This document shows positions 8,060-18,880 of a stretch of DNA of 64,000 bases, in pieces. Origin of the DNA: a virus (taxonomy: Duplodnaviria; Caudoviricetes); IMG/VR virus record IMGVR_UViG_3300037400_005125, positions 25,721-89,720 of that record; one strand, written 5' to 3'. The position numbers and the translations under genes were made by a program. How positions within the stretch are numbered: the stretch's first letter is position 1; each line of letters begins with the position of its first letter. Below the pieces are notes generated by a model. The model saw only the letters and a program-made list of their open reading frames with translations. It was not told where the DNA came from and did not search any database.

Positions 8060-9445
8060 CTCATCTTCATTAGGGTTAATCAATATATGTTCTTCCTCTA
8101 TTTGTTCATCAAGCGACGATTCTGGTATATTTTCAAGGTCTATAACTGTTTCTGGGTCATAACCTATTAGAACCACACCAGACTCCGAATGAAGGTCATC
8201 CCTTGTTATTTTAACGGTTATTTCATCGTCTTTCAAAAATTTTATTTCATTATCAAGACTCATTACCTCCCCATTAACTATAAGGCTAAAATCGTGAACA
8301 TTATCAGTCTCTACTGAATCAAGAACCATATCCTTGTCAATTGTAAATGAAAGCTCAAGTGTACAATCATCAAATCTCATAAATACTTTCATTACTTTAT
8401 ACTTATATCTGTTCTCTGGGGGAACACAGCAATCATCGTTTGATTCCACTAGTTCAGCAATTTCTGGTGGAGGTGGTACTTTTTCACCAATTACTGGTAC
8501 TTCACATAACTCTGTTTTGTCTACCATAGTACTAAGGTAATGCCCCTTATGCTTTTCTGGTTCAAACATTACATCTTCTTTTGAAACCCACCAGTCTGGT
8601 TTACCTGGGTGCATACCACCTTCAGGGGCTGTTATAAACTGAACCCTTTCGTCTGGTCTCCTATTCTTTCCTCTCCTATTTATTATACCAGTTGCATCAG
8701 AATCGTGAGAAGACATAATTAGTCTTGAAGGTATTCTCTCAACCTTGTAATCTTCTCTCCTTATTATATATCCCTTCAGCTTAATCTTAAATGTCTGAGA
8801 GTAATACTTACGGTCATCAATGGTATATTCTGACTGGTCTGATATATCCTCAAGAGTCAATGGCATAGGGTGGTCATTAGGCGAAACATACACATTAATT
8901 GCGCTGAATTCATAGTGCATAAGTTCATTCATTTCATTAAGCAACTCCATCTTATTAGTGATAATAGACACAGAATACATGAAATTAACTGAGAATGGTT
9001 GTTTCATTGTGTACTTATCATATGCCTCTGTTCCATTCTCTTGTAGTACAGGAACATAAAACATTGCAAAATCCTTATGACCTGGTATGTTGAAATAACT
9101 AGACTGGTTTTCTCCCTTCTGTGGATTATTCTCACGAGTAATGGTCTTGAAATTCATTATCATGTTACCATAATCATCAGTCTGACTCCAGGTTTGTGTA
9201 TATTCGCTAAGTCTTTGCGTTGAATACAGCTTATATGTTGGAAGTCTAACACCGTCATACTCAAGGTTGAATTTCTTGTCAACCCAATTGTACATTTCCT
9301 GGTCTATGTCAGAGTACTCAATAGGTTTTGGAAATGGCGTTCCATTCTCCAATATGAGCTTTGACATGTTCCTCCTTCTTTCAACACCATATGCGTGGTG
9401 TCTTAGTCTGAGTTTATCCCTATATGGTTTTGGCTGTATTAACAT
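8048..9445 (-). CDS. Probable tail terminator / sheath-completion protein (T4 gp15-like) with C-terminal extension
   Basis: DIDQEM..W, P.SVNFMYSVSIIT.KM..LN and Y.QTFKIKLKGY pattern; near the sheath gene; family assignment from memory of the motif. Confidence 0.5.
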   Translation of the reverse strand: MLIQPKPYRDKLRLRHHAYGVERRRNMSKLILENGTPFPKPIEYSDIDQEMYNWVDKKFNLEYDGVRLPTYKLYSTQRLSEYTQTWSQTDDYGNMIMNFKTITRENNPQKGENQSSYFNIPGHKDFAMFYVPVLQENGTEAYDKYTMKQPFSVNFMYSVSIITNKMELLNEMNELMHYEFSAINVYVSPNDHPMPLTLEDISDQSEYTIDDRKYYSQTFKIKLKGYIIRREDYKVERIPSRLIMSSHDSDATGIINRRGKNRRPDERVQFITAPEGGMHPGKPDWWVSKEDVMFEPEKHKGHYLSTMVDKTELCEVPVIGEKVPPPPEIAELVESNDDCCVPPENRYKYKVMKVFMRFDDCTLELSFTIDKDMVLDSVETDNVHDFSLIVNGEVMSLDNEIKFLKDDEITVKITRDDLHSESGVVLIGYDPETVIDLENIPESSLDEQIEEEHILINPNEDEEQL

Positions 9446-9504
9446 ATTTTATTATATTTTTTTATCTTCTATAAATATTTATATTATATAAAAATAGATA
9501 TATT

Positions 9505-9732
9505 ATGAGGCAGATTATAAGACTTACAGAAAGTGACCTTCACAAGATTGTCAAGGAATCGGTAAACAAAATACTTAAAGAAGCAAATTGGTCAAATGCA
9601 TACGACGATGATTTCATGGGCCCTAACGCAAGACTAGAAGATTTATATCCAGACGAATATCCAGAAGAGGATGAAGAAGACCCATTAACAATTGCGCATA
9701 ACTGGAAAGAAGACCATCGTGGAGAAATATAA
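9505..9732 (+). CDS. Small acidic protein with ESDLH leader motif
   Basis: MRQIIRLTESDLHKIVKESVNKILKE; TATTTATA upstream. Confidence 0.75.
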   Translation: MRQIIRLTESDLHKIVKESVNKILKEANWSNAYDDDFMGPNARLEDLYPDEYPEEDEEDPLTIAHNWKEDHRGEI

Positions 9733-9759
9733 AAAGGACTCAGCGTGAGTCCTTTTTTT
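9731..9759. terminator. Bidirectional intrinsic terminator
   Basis: AAAAAGGACTCA-gcg-TGAGTCCTTTTTTT. Confidence 0.8.
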
Positions 9760-10597
9760 ATGCGTTTTCCTTTTTCAGTATTTTTATATCTTTAGCATTG
9801 AAAATAACGTAATTTTTAAATGTTTCCCCTGTATTAGTATTCTCACATTTAAGAAATAGCCCAGTGTACCCTATTCTGTATAAGAACTCGCTGGTATCTT
9901 TTTCATTTCCTAAAAAAGACTTCAAAGTGCCATAAACACATCCACCATCATAACAATCGCCAATATATTTACACTCATATTCCCAGAAATCATTCTCGTG
10001 CCCTTTATATGCTTCTCTACCATACTCGTTTTCTGTCATGTAGTACTTGAAAAACTTCTTTGCTATTGTCATTGCCTCAGATTTTCTAATTTTATCGTAG
10101 TTAAGGTATTTTCCGTCAGGAACTTCTACCGTATATATGTTTTTACCTTGACAATATGCTCTTGCTGTTTCAACACTTGTGGTAAGATAAACCCCATATC
10201 CATGACTTTGCTGACCAAATCCAGTTGATAAATATGCCAAATCAAACTCATTAAAATTGTGTGGCGAACCATGAAATAGTTCAAGTTCATCAATTGCTTC
10301 ACGTATAATTTTACTGAATTTACTTTCTGGAACATAAAACCTTGGATTCCTATCTGGCTCTATAAACTTATCCGCATTATAATCTGGATTTGAAAGATAA
10401 CACCTCTTAAAAGTATCAGGGTCTTGGGCTATTGCCGTCTTAATGTTCTCAGTATATCCCCTTAACCCACCAGCACGTTTAAAACCAAAACCCTTAGCCT
10501 TTGCAAATCTGTGTATTACAACAGGTGGTGGTGGCTTAGGTAAATTATATGCTTTTGCTATGTCTCTTGCAATTGTTTTTACATCTAAAATCCTCAT
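9758..10597 (-). CDS. ADP-ribosyltransferase-like protein (ART-PolyVal type)
   Basis: LFHGSPHNFNEFD..G.G.Q.HGYGVYLT..A..Y..IYTVEVP..GY.G..NYVIFN; preceded by ESKFSKIIREAIDE leader-like segment. Confidence 0.7.
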   Translation of the reverse strand: MRILDVKTIARDIAKAYNLPKPPPPVVIHRFAKAKGFGFKRAGGLRGYTENIKTAIAQDPDTFKRCYLSNPDYNADKFIEPDRNPRFYVPESKFSKIIREAIDELELFHGSPHNFNEFDLAYLSTGFGQQSHGYGVYLTTSVETARAYCQGKNIYTVEVPDGKYLNYDKIRKSEAMTIAKKFFKYYMTENEYGREAYKGHENDFWEYECKYIGDCYDGGCVYGTLKSFLGNEKDTSEFLYRIGYTGLFLKCENTNTGETFKNYVIFNAKDIKILKKENA

Positions 10598-10709
10598 TTA
10601 CTTCTATTTCTCCATAAATATATCCAAATTAACGTTATTTAACAGTATTTTCTTTATCAGGTGAATTTTTTTCCATAATTTTGCAAAGTAAACATAAACA
10701 TATAATAAA

Positions 10710-10937
10710 ATGGCAGATAGTAATAAATGTTATTGGAAATGTGAATTTGAAGCCAACGACGGTAGTACTGTGTGTAAAACTATTTTTGCAAAATCCACTA
10801 GAGGAGCTTTTAAGCATTCATTCGAAATGGGTGTTAGAATAGGCATGACACCAAAGTACGAAACACTTAGAAACGCAACTGCACAGGATGTGAAAGAGTT
10901 TAAAAAAATGATAAAAGAAAGAACTAGTGCGCACTAA
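10710..10937 (+). CDS. Hypothetical protein (early)
   Basis: 75-aa ORF downstream of TAATTTTG (10676-10683). Confidence 0.65.
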   Translation: MADSNKCYWKCEFEANDGSTVCKTIFAKSTRGAFKHSFEMGVRIGMTPKYETLRNATAQDVKEFKKMIKERTSAH

Positions 10938-10942
10938 ACTTT

Positions 10943-12097
10943 TTATGTTAATGATATGTGGTTGTTAGCCCTTTTACCATTTCTTAATCTTTCCATACCA
11001 CGTTCACGTCTATTTTGTATTCCTTTTTCATCATAAGGAACTTCTACATTTTTTAATGGGTAGTTATTGATATTCCCTCTAGCCCTTTCAATGGCATTTT
11101 TAGATGTAGGAAAAACATCATAGCTCAAATCTTCATCATCGACAGGGTTTCTTCTACCCCTACCTTTAACATCTTGACCAACAAAATCAGTTAAGCTTTT
11201 ATTCCTCATTCCACCCATAAATGGCTTAATCTCACTAGTGCCAAACTCTTGTGGCACAACGAACGTTCCATTTATTTTTTCAAGTTTAACAACATTTGAG
11301 GTATTTTCTTCTGTATTTGGTCTTCTATCAATTCTATTCCCAGAATTGTCAGTGTGGAAAGAACTATTGAATATCATCCAGGCTTCATCAATATCTGAAC
11401 TATGATTTCTCAATATTTCAGGAACTGTAGTGTTCTTTTTATCACCAGAATTTTTATATAAACCGTTATGAGCGTTGTGGAAAGCATCGTCAGGAACAAA
11501 CCTGCTCCTGCTCATCATACTTGCATATGCCACCTTTCTATTAGCCACAACCCACACAAGGCTTACTTTATAGCCACCAACCTTTTTCAGAAAACTAAAT
11601 ATCTTATTTATTGTTGACAAATTTCTGCCTGCGGTGTCAAAAATAAGGTTTGGTAATCTATCTTTATTATTGTTTGACTTGAGAAAATTATTCAATTGCC
11701 TATCATAAAATCCAAGTTCCCCAGCAGTCCTATTTATTTGTGCAGCCTGCCTACTGTTTCTTAAATCCCAAACCACATCTTTGTTAGATGATTTTTTTTC
11801 ACCATTTACATATGGGTCTTTAACTGAAAACGTTTTTTTGCCATTAAAACCTGGCATATTTTCCATATTTACTATATCAGCATAGGCCTCCTTAAAATAA
11901 TCTGTAGAAATAATTTTTCCATGTATTGGTAAGTTTCTTCTCAAAGAAGTTGTTTTTCCAACACCAGGTCCGCCACACATAATTACAGCCCACCCATATG
12001 TAGGTGACGCTACACCCCCAAATGTGACGGTTTTATCTTCATTCAATAAAGAATTAATAGACTCCCTGATTATTTTTCTTATCGTATTATCATCCAT
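10943..12097 (-). CDS. P-loop kinase, zeta-toxin/AAA_33-like
   Basis: AVIMCGGPGVGKTT Walker A, IISTD, LIFDTAG, GYKVSLVWV..R; start moved to ATG 12097 (MDDNTIRKIIRESINSLLNE) behind TATTTATT. Confidence 0.7.
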   Translation of the reverse strand: MDDNTIRKIIRESINSLLNEDKTVTFGGVASPTYGWAVIMCGGPGVGKTTSLRRNLPIHGKIISTDYFKEAYADIVNMENMPGFNGKKTFSVKDPYVNGEKKSSNKDVVWDLRNSRQAAQINRTAGELGFYDRQLNNFLKSNNNKDRLPNLIFDTAGRNLSTINKIFSFLKKVGGYKVSLVWVVANRKVAYASMMSRSRFVPDDAFHNAHNGLYKNSGDKKNTTVPEILRNHSSDIDEAWMIFNSSFHTDNSGNRIDRRPNTEENTSNVVKLEKINGTFVVPQEFGTSEIKPFMGGMRNKSLTDFVGQDVKGRGRRNPVDDEDLSYDVFPTSKNAIERARGNINNYPLKNVEVPYDEKGIQNRRERGMERLRNGKRANNHISLT

Positions 12098-12188
12098 TAT
12101 GAATAAATATCTTGTGGAAAGCATAAAAAATGGTTTTTTTTCTTGTTTTTCTCAAAAAAAATATGTAACTTTGCAAAAAAAATATAAA

Positions 12189-12443
12189 ATGGGAAAACTA
12201 CTAACAAAAGAAAAATTCATTGAGACATATCTAGATGATATGACAGTGGCTGAAATTATCGAAAACCTTGGTCAAGATGTGGATGATGACGAAGATTACG
12301 ATAAATTAGTATCAATGATAAATGATGCATACTCAGAAGCAATTGATAGATTTGCTGGAGATGATGGATTTATACATAACGTTAATTTCAGAACGCTTAA
12401 CGAAGATTTAATGTATAAACTAAATAAAAAAATAGGCAGTTGA
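12189..12443 (+). CDS. Hypothetical acidic protein (early)
   Basis: ATG 12189 follows TAACTTTG (12166-12173). Confidence 0.65.
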   Translation: MGKLLTKEKFIETYLDDMTVAEIIENLGQDVDDDEDYDKLVSMINDAYSEAIDRFAGDDGFIHNVNFRTLNEDLMYKLNKKIGS

Positions 12444-12461
12444 GGTACTGCCTATATTTTT
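12427..12461. terminator. Bidirectional intrinsic terminator
   Basis: ATAGGCAGT-tgaggt-ACTGCCTAT flanked by A- and T-tracts. Confidence 0.7.
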
Positions 12462-14359
12462 ATCCCATTAACCAAACAAGTTATCTGACTGTCATTTATA
12501 AATGTCTTTCTAGGTCTTCCAGGACCTCTCTTATCCAAAAATCCACACTCAAGTTCCTTTTCTTTTAAGGCATTTATGAGGTAGTAAAGAGTAGCGCCAG
12601 AATCCATATCTTCATCAACTATCAAAAAGCGTTTATTAGCTAGACTAGCCCTTAGTTTATCAACGACACCATTTTTGTTATGTGCCATTTCTGGGTCAGC
12701 TACTACATAGAAGTCTTTCAAATAAGGTCTTACCTTTTTATCTATGTCAACAGCCTTAAGTTTTTTACCGTTTGATATCTTCATACCACTACTAAGCAAA
12801 ATTTCTTCGTAATGTGTTATTATACTATCAATGTTTGCCAAAAGCATTTGATATTTTTTGCTCAATCTTGTTCTAATTATTTCGGTAATTACTTTAGTTA
12901 TGTGTTGTACGTCATATTTAGTACTTCTACTCAAACCATTGGTATATTCTGAGAAGTGATTAACTAGGTATTTATAAAGGTTTGTAACGTCAGGGCTTTC
13001 TTTTTTAAGATTAACCAATCCATAAAATGACAACTCCCTCAGCATATCTACAATTAGTGGCTTACTAACCTTTTCTCTACTAGATTTAGTGAGAGATATG
13101 TAATTAAAATAAGAATAATTTTCTTCAACAAATATTTCTACACACTCATTAAGGTATGAGCCTATCTCTTTGATGGCAGCATCCTTTATAGCTTCCTTTG
13201 CTCTACCAATCATCGCATTACTAAAACCGTTTTTTCTCATTTTTTCTTCATCTACGCTAACATTTAGCATATTTCTTTTGAAAAAACCTTGTCTATACTC
13301 TATTCCTGTTTTATTTGCCAAATTAATACAATAATAATGGTTGAAATTACTTGATGAAGGTGCATCGATTATATAATCAGCATCTATACCCTCCTTTTTG
13401 AGAGCATATGCTGCGCCCATTATAGATTTATCCATAAACTGGGCAACAGATGTGTAATTTTCATCATTATACCCATACTGCTGCTTATAATGCCCATTAT
13501 TCTTATACGCATCAAATGGATTTGTGTGAATGCCACTAAGTGAAAAATTGCTAGCAACATCTGGTTCTATTCCATTATCATAGGTAATGCTAGTTTTTTC
13601 TTTCTGATTAGCACCTTTCCCAAGTTTATCTATGTTTAAAGCCTTTTCTCCAGTAAATTCTTCAACCCAATCGTTAGTACGCATGTTTCCATTCTTGATA
13701 GCATCACTGAAATTGAAGTCATACAATCTAAACAAAGCAATTAACTTCACATTTGTGTTAGGAACTTTACCAAGAGTATATCTAGGAAGCATTGCGTCAT
13801 CAGAAACTCTAGCAGGTCTTCCTGGTTTGCCAGTTCTAACTTTAGAGTTTATTCTATCATAAGTACCCTGTAAAATGTTCAGCTTATTCATTGCTTTTTG
13901 TAAACTAGCAGAAAGTTTTCTTACCTTCATTTCTTTTGGTAATTCTGAAAATACTATTCTTTTTGCACCAGCTAAAACTGTGCCCAGCACTGGTTGTATT
14001 GATGTTAAAAGCTGCTCAGCATTGGTGTACCATCCATGCTGAACTATTCTTATTGCAGTTTGATATAATTTAACTTGAGAATACGTTTTTGTATATTCGT
14101 CTTCAAAATTCTGATAAGCATTCTTTGTTCCTGGCTTATAACTTCCATCACCAAACGCAATATCTCCCCTTTTGCCAAAAAATCTTGTGTCAGCAAAAAA
14201 CCTATTTCCGTTATCTGACGCATCATTATTAACAGAAAACATTATAGAACCTCCATTACTCCTAGCGATATTTACCCCTTCGTAAATAATGTCTAGTTTA
14301 TTTTCATTAACATATATTTTCTTAGGCTTTCCCTCGTTTATATCCAAAATCATATTCAC
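12452..14359 (-). CDS. Protein with type I phosphoribosyltransferase (PRTase) domain and AT-hook-like motifs
   Basis: DYIIDAPSSS..N and RFLIVDEDMDSGATL PRPP-binding loop; KPGRPAR and RGPGRPRK. Confidence 0.7.
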   Translation of the reverse strand: MNMILDINEGKPKKIYVNENKLDIIYEGVNIARSNGGSIMFSVNNDASDNGNRFFADTRFFGKRGDIAFGDGSYKPGTKNAYQNFEDEYTKTYSQVKLYQTAIRIVQHGWYTNAEQLLTSIQPVLGTVLAGAKRIVFSELPKEMKVRKLSASLQKAMNKLNILQGTYDRINSKVRTGKPGRPARVSDDAMLPRYTLGKVPNTNVKLIALFRLYDFNFSDAIKNGNMRTNDWVEEFTGEKALNIDKLGKGANQKEKTSITYDNGIEPDVASNFSLSGIHTNPFDAYKNNGHYKQQYGYNDENYTSVAQFMDKSIMGAAYALKKEGIDADYIIDAPSSSNFNHYYCINLANKTGIEYRQGFFKRNMLNVSVDEEKMRKNGFSNAMIGRAKEAIKDAAIKEIGSYLNECVEIFVEENYSYFNYISLTKSSREKVSKPLIVDMLRELSFYGLVNLKKESPDVTNLYKYLVNHFSEYTNGLSRSTKYDVQHITKVITEIIRTRLSKKYQMLLANIDSIITHYEEILLSSGMKISNGKKLKAVDIDKKVRPYLKDFYVVADPEMAHNKNGVVDKLRASLANKRFLIVDEDMDSGATLYYLINALKEKELECGFLDKRGPGRPRKTFINDSQITCLVNGIKI

Positions 14360-14494
14360 ACATTATTTATCCATAAATACATTTTCTTTTGTTAAAATTT
14401 GGATTTTTGAATTATTTAACATATCTTTGCACTAAGAAGCGATGACTGTTTTGGTACAGCCTACAACTTCAACACTAACTTAACAATTTTTTTT

Positions 14495-17400
14495 ATGGGT
14501 AAAATCATTTCTACAGAGGTCGTTAATACTTTCCTGTCTGGACATGACCCTATGGAACACATTATTACTATAGAATGTGACTACCAGGAAGACAAGGTGA
14601 GTATTATTTATGTTAACGACAAAGGACAAAAAAGGGTCAAATTAGACGATTTCAAGCCATTTATTTGGTGTAAGAACAGCGCAGCCATCAGACTGTACGA
14701 CGGTGACAGGCAGAAACTCATTAAGGCAATGAGAACCTACGGAATCAACTGCAAGAAGCTGAAAACCACTGAGGAAGGACAGAAAGAGGTAAGCGAAAGA
14801 CTTGAAAATGGCTATAAGTACATGTTCTACGCCACCAGAAGAATGAGTTATCAGACTTTCCTCAAATTCTTCAAAGAGGCTGGAGTTCCAGTCCATGATA
14901 ACAAAAAAAACTCACAAGGGGAATCCAACAGAGAATTTATGGGTGTAACGCCAGTTGAACAATATATGATTCAAACTGGTAAGAGATTGTTCAAGGGTTA
15001 TGACAACTATAACGACTTGAACAGATTCACGTTTGACCTTGAAACTGAGGGTCTTAACCCAAGAGTACACAGAATCAGCCAGATTGGTCTCAGAAACAAC
15101 AGAGGTGTTAAAAAGATTATTTCAATCACTGGAAGTACAAAGGAAGAACTTGATAAAAATGAAATTAGTGCAATTGAGTTATTTCTTTATATTCTTTCTA
15201 TTGTTAAACCTGATACAGTTGTAGGTCATAACTCAGAGAACTTTGACTGGGATTTCTTTATTGTAAGGTGTGAGGAACTTGGTCTTTCTTTCAAAGACCT
15301 TAGTCTAAAATACTTCAAGCACCCTATCTTCAAGAAGCAGAAAGAGGCGGTTTTAAAGCTCGGTGGTGAGGTTGAATACTATAAACCTACAGTTATGTGG
15401 GGACACATTATTCTCGACTCCCTACACGCTGCTAGAAGGGCGCAGGCACTTGATTCAAACATGAAGAAATCTGGTTTGAAGTATGTAACACAATATCTCG
15501 AACTAAAAAAGCCTAACCGTGTCTATGTACCTGGTGATAAAATCAATAAAACATGGGCTATCACAGACGAAATATTCGGTTTCTGTGAAGAAGATGGTGA
15601 CTGGTACACTGTCACTGAGAAACGTCCATTGTTACCTGGTTACGAACTAAAATCTGGTAGATATATTGTGGAAAGATATCTACTAGATGACTTGTGGGAA
15701 ACTGAAAAGGTAGAGGAAAAGTTAAATGAGTCTAACTTCCTTGTAGGTAAAATGCTACCTACAACCTTTACAAGGGCTTGTACTATGGGTACAGCAGGTA
15801 TATGGAAGCTCATAATGCTTGCATGGGGTTATGAGAATGGTCTTGCAATACCAGCAGCAGCTCCTAGTAAGAGGTTTACTGGTGGTCTTTCCAGACTGTT
15901 GAAGACTGGATTCGTTGACCGTATTGTTAAGCTTGACTACAATTCGCTTTATCCATCAATTATCCTTACATGGCATGTATCAACACCTATTGATATAATG
16001 AACGTCATGCTTTCATTCCTAGAATATATTCTCACACAGCGTGAGAAATATAAGGATTTGAAGGGGGCTGCTGGTGCAAAGGCTGATGAATTGAAGAAAC
16101 AGCTAGAGGAATACGAGGGGATGGATGATACTTTCAAGAAGAAACTTGCAGAAGAAATTCAGAAATGGAAGATTGAAAAGACTGGTAATGATAAAAAACA
16201 GTTACCATTGAAGATTCTTGCAAACTCATTCTTTGGTAGTTATGGTGCTCCTAACATATTCCCATATGGTGATGTTATTGCTGCTGAGAAGACAACCTGT
16301 ATTGGTCGTATGTCATTGAGACTTATGATTTACCACTTCACACAGATTGGTTATACTCCTATCGTTGGTGATAGTGTTACATATGACACACCTATCTTGA
16401 TTAGAAGAGAAGATAAAAGAATAAATATTGTGCCAATTTGCGACATATTCAATAATAACGAAGCAATTGAGTTTGGTGAAGAGCAATACAGGGATTTCTC
16501 ACATAAAAATTATGAGGTTCTTACTAGAAACGGTTGGAAACCAATCGAATATGTGTACAAACATAAAACCACTAAGCAACTAAAAAGAGTTGAAACTAAA
16601 AATGGGGTAATAGATTGTACGGAAGACCATTCGTTGTTCGATAATAGTGGTAATGAAGTAAAACCATCTACGCTTGTTCGTGGTGACAAAATCGAAATAT
16701 ACAATAATGACATTGATTATTTTGCTAGTTCAACCGTAACAGATAGGGAAGCCTGGTTATTTGGGTTCTTTATGGCAGATGGCAGTTCTGTTTATTGCGA
16801 CAGAACACAGAGATATTTCTCCAAACGTAAGGGTGAATATGTCATACATATGGGCAAAAGAGCTAACTGGAAGATTTCCAATAAATCTCTTGACAGACTC
16901 AATAAGGCAAAAGAAATAATGGAAAATAGTTTCTGTTTAAAAGCATCCATAAAAGACCATAGAACATCATCAAACGTATATAACCTTGTTGTGGAAAATG
17001 CTGAAAACGCTAAGTTTTTCTCTAATAATTTCTATACATCATACAGATATAAAAAAGTACCAGAATTCATATTAAACGCTTCTAAGGAGGTTAAGAAGGC
17101 ATTTCTCGATGGTTTCTGCTGTGGTGATGGTCAAAATGACACTATAGATGAATGTATTGAATTTGGGCAAAAGTCAAAGGTTGCAATGGCTGGATTGTAT
17201 TTCATTATGAAAGAATTAGGGTATAACTTCCGTTGTCACAATAGAAACGATAAACCAGAGTTTATAAGTTTCAGACTTAGGAATCATCACGGAAATCTTC
17301 TCAACGAGAATTATTCTGAGAGAAAAGAAGATGAAGTGTGGAATTGTTCTAACATTACAAGTAAATCAGAATATGTATATGATATTTCTTCTGATGGAAC

Positions 17401-18880
17401 GTTTGTTAATGCGCTTGGTATGGTTGTTTGCCACAATACTGATGGTTTCAACTTCCAAATGCCTCCTGAGGATAAATTCAGATATACAGACGAGCATCCT
17501 TATATAGGTAAAGGTCTTGGGCGTAACGTTAAGGCTGGTAAATCTTATACAAAGGTAGAGGCTGACGTTGCTGAGTTCGAGGATTTGTACATGGCACAGG
17601 CTTATAATGGTGGTATCAATAAGATGGGTCTTGGTATTGATGAATACTGTGACGCTACCATCAACTTCGCAAGAAAGAACTATGCCGACCTTATGCCTAA
17701 CGGTAAGACAAAGAAGGTAGGTAACACAATTAAATCAAGAAAAATGTCTGGATACCTAGAGAAATTCATTGATGAAGGTGTTGACCTATTACTTCATAAT
17801 AACGGTTACAAGTTCCTTAACAATTACTATGATTATATAGAGAAAATTTATAACTATCAAATTCCTATTAAGGATATTGCCTCAAAGGGTAACATCAAAA
17901 AATCATTAAAGGAATATATTGCTGATTGTCAAACTCTTACAAAGGCAGGTAGCAAGAAATCAAGACAGGCTTGGTATGAACTTGCAATCAAGGAAGGTCT
18001 TACACCAAATGTCAGTGATACAATCTATTATATCAATACAGGTACTAAGAAAGGACACTCAGATGTTAAACGTGTAACTCATTTCTATTACTATAATGAT
18101 AGTGGAGAAAAGGTAGAGGTTTCAAAGGAAGTAGAAAAATTCTATAAGAACATGACAGATGAGGAAAAATCACAAAAGCTTACAAGACTTGACCTTGCTA
18201 AAAAGAATTATGGCGAAAAGGCATTTGATGAAGATGAAATCATTCTCAATTGTAAGTTAGTTCCTAACGAAATAGTTGACAGTGAAGAAGATGCACTTTG
18301 CAGTGATTACGAAGGGCTTGAATATAATGTTGATAAGTATATTGACCAATTCAACAAAAGAATCACTCCATTGCTTGTGTGCTTTCATCCTGATATAAGA
18401 AATAAAATTCTTGTCACAGACCCTAAGGATAAAATGTTCTTCACAGAGGCTCAATCTAAGCTCGTCAGTGGCTTCCCTAACAAGGAGGGTGACCAAGATA
18501 CCTTCGAGGCACTTATGACACCTGAGAGAAAAGAAATCGAGTTCTGGACTTCTATCAATGAAGTTCCACCATTTGTGAAAGAATGTAATATAGATTGGGA
18601 TAAATTAGTTGCAGATTATAAGGCAGAAATTGAGAAAGAAAAAGATGAAATATTCCAAATAGAGAATAAAAAATATATAGATGCACTTAATAATCTGACT
18701 GATGCTGATATTGAGGCTTTTGAAGAAGAGGGTAAACTTCCAGCATCGTTTACGTCTATAGTAACACTTGGTTCTGATATGAGACTTTATTTTAAGAAAA
18801 TACCTGATAAAACGCCATCAACTGGTGGATTTGTCTTTGACGATATCATGTACAGTTTCATTGAAACAAATGAAGGATAA
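14495..18880 (+). CDS. polB: Family B DNA polymerase with one intein
   Basis: FDLETEG (ExoI), GHNSENFDW (ExoII), DYNSLYPS, KQLPLKILANSFFG, GD|TDG split by the intein, RKNY; TATCTTTG promoter at 14422. Confidence 0.93.
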   Translation: MGKIISTEVVNTFLSGHDPMEHIITIECDYQEDKVSIIYVNDKGQKRVKLDDFKPFIWCKNSAAIRLYDGDRQKLIKAMRTYGINCKKLKTTEEGQKEVSERLENGYKYMFYATRRMSYQTFLKFFKEAGVPVHDNKKNSQGESNREFMGVTPVEQYMIQTGKRLFKGYDNYNDLNRFTFDLETEGLNPRVHRISQIGLRNNRGVKKIISITGSTKEELDKNEISAIELFLYILSIVKPDTVVGHNSENFDWDFFIVRCEELGLSFKDLSLKYFKHPIFKKQKEAVLKLGGEVEYYKPTVMWGHIILDSLHAARRAQALDSNMKKSGLKYVTQYLELKKPNRVYVPGDKINKTWAITDEIFGFCEEDGDWYTVTEKRPLLPGYELKSGRYIVERYLLDDLWETEKVEEKLNESNFLVGKMLPTTFTRACTMGTAGIWKLIMLAWGYENGLAIPAAAPSKRFTGGLSRLLKTGFVDRIVKLDYNSLYPSIILTWHVSTPIDIMNVMLSFLEYILTQREKYKDLKGAAGAKADELKKQLEEYEGMDDTFKKKLAEEIQKWKIEKTGNDKKQLPLKILANSFFGSYGAPNIFPYGDVIAAEKTTCIGRMSLRLMIYHFTQIGYTPIVGDSVTYDTPILIRREDKRINIVPICDIFNNNEAIEFGEEQYRDFSHKNYEVLTRNGWKPIEYVYKHKTTKQLKRVETKNGVIDCTEDHSLFDNSGNEVKPSTLVRGDKIEIYNNDIDYFASSTVTDREAWLFGFFMADGSSVYCDRTQRYFSKRKGEYVIHMGKRANWKISNKSLDRLNKAKEIMENSFCLKASIKDHRTSSNVYNLVVENAENAKFFSNNFYTSYRYKKVPEFILNASKEVKKAFLDGFCCGDGQNDTIDECIEFGQKSKVAMAGLYFIMKELGYNFRCHNRNDKPEFISFRLRNHHGNLLNENYSERKEDEVWNCSNITSKSEYVYDISSDGTFVNALGMVVCHNTDGFNFQMPPEDKFRYTDEHPYIGKGLGRNVKAGKSYTKVEADVAEFEDLYMAQAYNGGINKMGLGIDEYCDATINFARKNYADLMPNGKTKKVGNTIKSRKMSGYLEKFIDEGVDLLLHNNGYKFLNNYYDYIEKIYNYQIPIKDIASKGNIKKSLKEYIADCQTLTKAGSKKSRQAWYELAIKEGLTPNVSDTIYYINTGTKKGHSDVKRVTHFYYYNDSGEKVEVSKEVEKFYKNMTDEEKSQKLTRLDLAKKNYGEKAFDEDEIILNCKLVPNEIVDSEEDALCSDYEGLEYNVDKYIDQFNKRITPLLVCFHPDIRNKILVTDPKDKMFFTEAQSKLVSGFPNKEGDQDTFEALMTPERKEIEFWTSINEVPPFVKECNIDWDKLVADYKAEIEKEKDEIFQIENKKYIDALNNLTDADIEAFEEEGKLPASFTSIVTLGSDMRLYFKKIPDKTPSTGGFVFDDIMYSFIETNEG
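16373..17437 (+). mobile_element. Intein with LAGLIDADG homing endonuclease (355 aa) in the polymerase D-T-D catalytic motif
   Basis: Starts SVTYDTP after IVGD and ends VVCHN before TDG; block B DCTEDHSLF; LAGLIDADG blocks WLFGFFMADG and AFLDGFCCGDG. Confidence 0.92.
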
